The notes beneath the pieces are model-generated. The model was not told the origin of the DNA, did not search any database, and saw only the letters and a list, made by a program, of their open reading frames with translations. Positions 59,112 to 64,000 of a stretch of DNA of 64,000 bases are shown here, one piece after another. Location: NCBI GenBank assembly GCA_963664115.2, contig CAXWPJ010000002.1:32001-96000 (forward strand). The letters are read 5' to 3'. Each line of letters starts with the position of its first letter. The stretch's first letter is position 1. A program made the translations under genes and the position numbers. This DNA is from Terriglobia bacterium (GTDB taxonomy: Bacteria; Acidobacteriota; Terriglobia; 20CM-2-55-15).

Positions 59112-59630
59112 GTGAGCAAGAGTAACGTGAATGGAAGATTGAGGATCCACTACGTTGGGGCACAGCAACTGATCCAACGCGCGTCGAATTCCTTATCGGG
59201 GTGGTACGCAACGGACTGCAGACGGGATTGGGTCGGTAACACTTGCGAAGCTGTGGACTTCTGCCTGAAACTTGAGGTCGGTCTGTCGGCGAGCACGGTA
59301 ACGAACAGTACTCGGATGCAGGAGCGTTTGGATGCAGATCGCTGGGTCGTCTGGGCCGACGCATCTACAGCGGACTTCGGGCGGAACAAACCAAGTTGTG
59401 ATTAATGAAGAAGGTTTCCTGGCGATCGAAGACGAGTTGGCGCGAGGTCTTTTGAAGCTGAAGTCCCGTTGTGAATCACGGTGCGATGGGGTTCTGGGCC
59501 GCACTGGAGGAAATCTATCCCGAGACACGTCAACAACGTTGCTGGAGTGAACGGCCCAAGTCGGTCCAGGCGAAGGCGAAACAGGCCCTGCACTTCCAAG
59601 GCATTCGACTTGTTCATTGAAACCTATGAA
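59112..59630 (+). mobile_element. Heavily deleted IS256-family transposase remnant
   Basis: Colinear peptide islands AQQLIQ, VVRNG, LQTGLG, FLAIED, GAMGFWAALEEIYPETRQQRCW, KAKQALH, KAFDLFIETYE. Confidence 0.7.
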
Positions 59631-59894
59631 AACTTCCGGAACTTCCGGCCCCGAATCCCAAACATTTCCAGCCTCTTTCATCTTCTCGGCGAGATCTTCC
59701 GTCTGTAGCATCTCCTTCATGACTTCTGGATCTTCTACCTCCCAGATTACAAGCACCATGTTTTCGTCACTGGATTCTTGGTAGATACCGACTTCCTTGA
59801 GCCCAGCAGCATTACGCCTCGGCAGGTCAGCATCGTAGAGAGGTTTCCAAGCTGAATAGTCAGCGACTTTGGTTCGCAAAAATGCGGTAGCCAT
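59630..59894 (-). pseudogene. Small ferredoxin-like/ABM (cyclase-type) protein whose 3' end runs into the IS remnant
   Basis: MATAFLRTKVADYSAWKPLYD..RRNAAGL..DENMVLVIWE..MKEAG; RBS AAGGAGG; native stop not identifiable. Confidence 0.6.
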
Positions 59895-60321
59895 TTGCTC
59901 CTCCTTCTCATGAATCAAAATTATCGTTGCGTGTTTCGCTGATTATCGGCTCACAAAATCAACCTAACATCGACTGAGGAGCGGGTATGGCGAACACGGA
60001 GCGACGGAAAGATTAGTCGGCTCACAAAATCGATGCGAGGCGAATACCCGGCGCCCAAGCAGTTGGTGACAGAGAGGAACTGACGCCATATTGAGCTGTT
60101 TCCGATCGGCCTTGGTAGATACCGACTTCCTTGAGCCCAGCAGCATTACGCCTCGGCAGGTCAGCATCGTAGAGAGGTTTCCAAGCTGAATAGTCAGCGA
60201 CTTTGGTTCGCAAAAATGCGGTAGCCATTTGCTCCTCCTTCTCATGAATCAAAATTATCGTTGCGTGTTTCGCTGATTATCGGCTCACAAAATCAACCTA
60301 ACATCGACTGAGGAGCGGGTA
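59777..60321. repeat. 211-bp direct duplication
   Basis: 59777-59987 matches 60111-60321, giving a truncated second copy of the gene's 5' end. Confidence 0.85.
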
Positions 60322-60623
60322 GGCGAACACGGCGGAAAGCGAAGGCGAATACCCGGCGCCCAAGCAGTTGGTGACTGACGCCATATTGTTTAACGGACGG
60401 ATTATAGCTCGGTGGTACTGTTGCGGCGAGGTAATTACTAATCTAGAGAAAGTCTTTAGAACTAGTGGATTGGAAGCAATGATTTGAATCAGCGGGTTTC
60501 TCAATGTCCGACAAGATTCGTTTCTCAGGACTTGAGCCGTCATCTCTGTCTCCACCAACAGAGGTGGACCCCATACGTTGGACAGCTTGGCAGCCAATTT
60601 AAGGTGGATTCCGCGGTTCATGT

Positions 60624-61472
60624 TTATGCTGCCGAGGTCAGTGGCCGTGTTCCCGCGTAGGCTTCGCTCGGCGTGAGATCGTCGAGTTTGGAATGCGGGC
60701 GGTCGTTATTGTAATAGTTCATCCAGACACCTATGTGGTGCCGGGCATCTTTGAAGTCACTGAAGGCGTTTAGATAAACGCATTCGTATTTGATCGAGCG
60801 CCATAGGCGTTCGATGAAAACGTTGTCGATCCATTGCCCCTTGCCGTCCATGGAGATCCGGATACCTCGTTCTTTAAGTCGGTCCGTCCAGGCCTTGCTG
60901 GTGAACTGGCTGCCCTGATCGGTGTTGAAGATTTCCGGACTGCCGTATTCCTCGATCGCCTCGTCGAGGGCTTCAAGGCAAAACGTCGTGTCCTGGGTGT
61001 TGGACAGCCGCCAGGACAACACCTTCCGCGTATGCCAGTCCATGATCGCGACCAGATATAAGAATCCGTGCGCCATCGGGATATACGTCACGTCGGTAGA
61101 CCACGCTTGATTCGCCCGCTCCACGGCAATGTCGTTGAGTAGATATGGGTACACCGGATGAGCCGGGTTTCTCCGGGACGTCTGCGGTGCCACCGAGCGC
61201 AGCCCCATCAACCGCATTAGTCGGCGTACCCGCTTCCGGCCCACATCGTAGCCGAGACGTTTCAGATGACGCGTCATCTGCCTGGACCCATACCAGGGCA
61301 TCTTCAGATACGCCTCGTCGATCACGCGCATCAGGTCCAGATTGCGATCACTCTCACCCCGTGGCCGATAGTACCAACTCGAACGGCTCAACCCGATCAA
61401 GTCGCATTGCCGGACCACACTGAGCTGCTCATGGCCCGGTTCGACCACCTCGCGCCTTCGACCCAAGCTCAT
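60624..61472 (-). CDS. IS3 transposase OrfB (DDE)
   Basis: WSTDVTYI, FNTDQGSQF, DNVFIERLWRSIKYE, YNNDRPHS. Confidence 0.95.
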   Translation of the reverse strand: MSLGRRREVVEPGHEQLSVVRQCDLIGLSRSSWYYRPRGESDRNLDLMRVIDEAYLKMPWYGSRQMTRHLKRLGYDVGRKRVRRLMRLMGLRSVAPQTSRRNPAHPVYPYLLNDIAVERANQAWSTDVTYIPMAHGFLYLVAIMDWHTRKVLSWRLSNTQDTTFCLEALDEAIEEYGSPEIFNTDQGSQFTSKAWTDRLKERGIRISMDGKGQWIDNVFIERLWRSIKYECVYLNAFSDFKDARHHIGVWMNYYNNDRPHSKLDDLTPSEAYAGTRPLTSAA

Positions 61473-61750
61473 CGATTGAAGGCTCGTGCTAAAAAATCCC
61501 GTTCCACGACCAGTTCACCGATCTTGGCCTGCAGGTCTTTGATCTCGTCCTCGTGGTTCCGGGCCGATGGATCCCGGCCTCGCTGGAATCCTTCTTTAAC
61601 GCTATCAAGCGCATCACGCTTCCACTTCGTGATCATGTTCGGATGGATCTTGTACCGCGCCGCCAATTCGGCCATCGTGCCGTCGCCACGCATCGCGGCC
61701 AGCGCTACCTTCGCTTTGAAATCTGCTGAAAAATTCCGTCGTTTCGCCAT
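61469..61750 (-). CDS. IS3 transposase OrfA
   Basis: RRNFSADFKAKVAL, ELAARYKIHPNMITKWK, KIGEL.VERDFL; T-TTT-TTA possible slippery site at 61490-61496. Confidence 0.92.
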   Translation of the reverse strand: MAKRRNFSADFKAKVALAAMRGDGTMAELAARYKIHPNMITKWKRDALDSVKEGFQRGRDPSARNHEDEIKDLQAKIGELVVERDFLARAFNR

Positions 61751-62049
61751 CGTCGTTAGGTCCTCTCATCTATGCAGAGTCCACCTTATAACGCTGTCCT
61801 AATTTTGGGGGCCACTTCTAACTTCCCCTAAGCCGACTTCTGGGTCGTTAATTCTGCCCATTCCTAAACGCTAGGCCACAAGGGAGGATCTATCTCACGA
61901 ATCTCACTCAGCTCCCTCTATCGGAGATGGCGAAGCCGGCGACCCGAATTGAGGAGGACCTGACTCCAGGACTCTTTGACAGACGGAATAAACGACGGCG
62001 TCGGAGAATGGCCGTTCTGGCAATGCCAGCAGAGGGCTGACATCAGGTG

Positions 62050-62116
62050 GCGGATAAGCGGTATAAGCAGGGTCTGACTACGATGTCAGCACTGGCAATG
62101 TCGTCGTATGCGTGTT
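62050..62116. repeat. 67-bp direct repeat, copy 1
   Basis: Matches 63592-63658 with two mismatches. Confidence 0.85.
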
Positions 62117-62257
62117 TTGTCAATCCGTGCGCGGCCACAGGCCGTCGCGCGGTCTGCTAGCGTTCGCGAAATCATACGGAACCGGGAACCCCAAAAACCA
62201 CCAAACGGGCTGGACACGCACCAGCGGTTCGTCGACAATGCCTAGCGCGGAGGAATA

Positions 62258-62809
62258 ATGAAACCTGAGGAATGCATACTGTTCAGCGGCGCGGCCAAGG
62301 GAGCCGAAGCCGCATTTGGAGCGGCAGCCGAAAGATACGGACTCGAGGAAGTCAATTTCACCTTCGAGGGTCACAACGACGAGAGAACCCGCGGCATCCG
62401 TGTTCTGACCCAGGCCGAGATGAGGCTGGGCGATGTCAGTCTTAAGTACGTCGGCCGCCTGATGAACCGTTCATTCCCGGACACCCCCGGCTTCAGACGC
62501 ATCCTTCAATGCATCTGGCATCAGATCAACAACGGTCAGGAAGTCTTCATCGTGGGCCATATCCTGGACGACAATACGGTCAAGGGCGGCACTGGCTGGG
62601 GCGCCGAATTCGCAAAACTGTGCAACAAGCAGCCGAGGGTGTTCGACCAGAAGGTGAACGGCTGGTTCCGATGGGCAGGCGAATCCTGGGAAGCCGAAGC
62701 AGAGCCCGTCATCCATCACACGGCAATCGCCGGAGGCGGCACACGCGTCCTACAGGACAACGGACTGGCTGCCATTAACGAGCTCTTTGACCGCAGTTTC
62801 GGTAGCTGA
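62258..62809 (+). CDS. Hypothetical protein, possibly SLOG-like
   Basis: LFSGAAKGAEAAF and VKGGTGW glycine motifs; RBS GGAGG. Confidence 0.7.
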   Translation: MKPEECILFSGAAKGAEAAFGAAAERYGLEEVNFTFEGHNDERTRGIRVLTQAEMRLGDVSLKYVGRLMNRSFPDTPGFRRILQCIWHQINNGQEVFIVGHILDDNTVKGGTGWGAEFAKLCNKQPRVFDQKVNGWFRWAGESWEAEAEPVIHHTAIAGGGTRVLQDNGLAAINELFDRSFGS

Positions 62810-62917
62810 TTCGAGGGTCCCGGGAAAGCACTCCGGGGCCTCACGCCCCCGCATCATTACGCGGCTCCAATCCTGACGGACTCCTATCGTCGCGACGATG
62901 TTAAGTTGATAGTGTCC

Positions 62918-63580
62918 ATGCTCTTCAAAACTGGCATCGCATCGTCGACCTGCCCCCTCTGTCGATCGCATGCTATTCACACGTTCGAATGCGTCCAGGA
63001 CCGTCAGTATATGAAATGTGAAGCTTGTGAACTGATTCACATGACCCCACGGGACCTGCCCAACGCCACGACTGAGTTCGCGCGATACCAAAGTCACGAG
63101 AACGATCCGAAAGACGAAGCTTATCGCCGGTTCCTGGATCGGCTTGCCGTGCCATTGGTTGGCCGGCTGCCTCCCGGTGCGGAGGGCTTGGACTATGGCT
63201 CCGGTCCCGGACCCACGCTCTCGATAATGCTCGAGCAGCAGGGATTTGCGATGTCGATCTACGACCCATTCTTCAGTCCGGATTCGCAGGTCTTGGACCG
63301 ATCCTACGACTTCGTCACATGCACGGAGACGGCCGAACATTTCTTCGAGCCCGAAAAGGAGTTTGAGAAATTAAACGGCCTTGTCCAACCGGGAGGGTGG
63401 TTGGCGGTCATGACGGAGTTGTTCCGCGATCAGGTCTTCGTGGACTGGCGGTATGTCCGAGACGAAACACACGTGGCGTTCTACCGCCAGAGGACGATGC
63501 AGTGGATCGCGGAGTGGTTGGACTGGTCCGTTTCTTTTCCTGGAAAAGATGTCGTGATATTTCGGAAGCCTATTCAGTAA
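62918..63580 (+). CDS. Class I SAM-dependent methyltransferase with N-terminal zinc ribbon
   Basis: CPLC..CEAC, GLDYGSGPGP, YDPFF, YDFVTCTETAEHF, PGGWLAVMT. Confidence 0.88.
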   Translation: MLFKTGIASSTCPLCRSHAIHTFECVQDRQYMKCEACELIHMTPRDLPNATTEFARYQSHENDPKDEAYRRFLDRLAVPLVGRLPPGAEGLDYGSGPGPTLSIMLEQQGFAMSIYDPFFSPDSQVLDRSYDFVTCTETAEHFFEPEKEFEKLNGLVQPGGWLAVMTELFRDQVFVDWRYVRDETHVAFYRQRTMQWIAEWLDWSVSFPGKDVVIFRKPIQ

Positions 63581-63591
63581 GATCTGCGAAA

Positions 63592-63658
63592 GCGGATAAG
63601 CGGTATAAGCAGGGTCTGACTACTATGTCAGCACTGGCAATGTCGTCGTATGAGTGTT
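63592..63658. repeat. 67-bp direct repeat, copy 2
   Basis: Matches 62050-62116. Confidence 0.85.
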
Positions 63659-63662
63659 ATTT

Positions 63663-64000
63663 CAACCCGCGCCTTCAGTTCTTCAAACCAGTTTAGGACG
63701 ATGTTGATCTGGAGCTGTCGTCACTCACTCGAATCCGGTTCTTCTGCCGGTAGAACAACTAAAAACTGCTGTCCATCGGGTGTGATGTCAAAGCTTCTGT
63801 AGTAGGAAAACGACAGGAAATTACGGATAGAAACACGTTGCTCGAAGCCGAATGTAAAGGTGGATTCCGTCGAGAAACCAATACCGTTCAAGGTCTGTCC
63901 ATCCGTCTCCCCATATTTCTGGGAAATTCGACGCTTTTCCCCTGTTCCCGGGAACGGCTCGACGTAGACGAAGTCTAAACCTCCCCTGTCGGAAGCCTAT
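63663..64000 (-). pseudogene. C-terminal part of a Ser/Thr kinase-PD40 type gene, degraded, running off the window
   Basis: *ASDRGG..VYVEPFPGTGEKRRIS..FDITPDGQQFLVV..*..QINIVLNWFEELKARV; two in-frame stops. Confidence 0.7.

Larger units (their letters stand above)
60560..61819 (-). mobile_element. IS3-family insertion sequence, apparently intact
   Basis: IRs AGAGGTGGACCCCATACGTTGGACAGC / AGAAGTGGCCCCCAAAATTAGGACAGC; AAC on both flanks; orfA and orfB. Confidence 0.9.

Noticed and set aside
59962-60072. Integron attC site
   Set aside because: ACCTAAC fits one core, but the partner GTTGGTG does not fit GTTRRRY and the L boxes are unclear.
36-63696. Numerous long antisense and alternate-frame ORFs (e.g. 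38203-39444, 44558-45625, 37237-38019)
   Set aside because: They are shadows of well-supported genes in GC-rich DNA and show no family motifs.
63721-63723. In-frame TGA as selenocysteine
   Set aside because: It lies in a variable linker of a gene that also has a TAG and an apparent internal deletion.

Overview
A GC-rich bacterial chromosomal window. An Acidobacteriota-like origin is inferred from the gene families present (PadR plus permease-prefix membrane protein, DUF6152, YVTN propellers, Ser/Thr-kinase NWFEELK tails); it is not proven. 1-19.8 kb is core: glucokinase, rhodanese, CNT nucleoside transporter, macrodomain, a beta-propeller/diheme cytochrome pair, a cytochrome c maturation operon with a CxxxY-type CcmE, DsbA plus a frameshifted VKOR, queF and transketolase. 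It also holds a GGA-rich CsrB/Rsm-like sRNA candidate. 20-34.6 kb is an accessory island around tRNA-Ser(CGA): an outer-membrane-protein pseudogene interrupted by a 242-bp IS21-like MITE, two ferritin-like genes, two tRNA-Leu remnants, three toxin-antitoxin pairs, YhaO/YhaN, and a PadR-membrane protein-sigma54 activator operon facing a sigma54/IHF promoter. The best candidate for an undescribed system lies just downstream of that promoter: a 42-aa basic peptide gene, then a 229-aa predicted all-helical gene bracketed by two inverted arrays of a degenerate 12-bp motif repeated every 20-21 bp. 34.7-52 kb is core again (TolC, tadA, M28 peptidase, SufT, Opp ABC, adenylate cyclase, TPM-NTase-LemA). 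52-64 kb is a decaying region with secreted enzymes, an intact IS3 element, a deletion-riddled IS256, hairpin repeats and kinase-tail remnants. All calls come from reading the sequence; no database searches were run.
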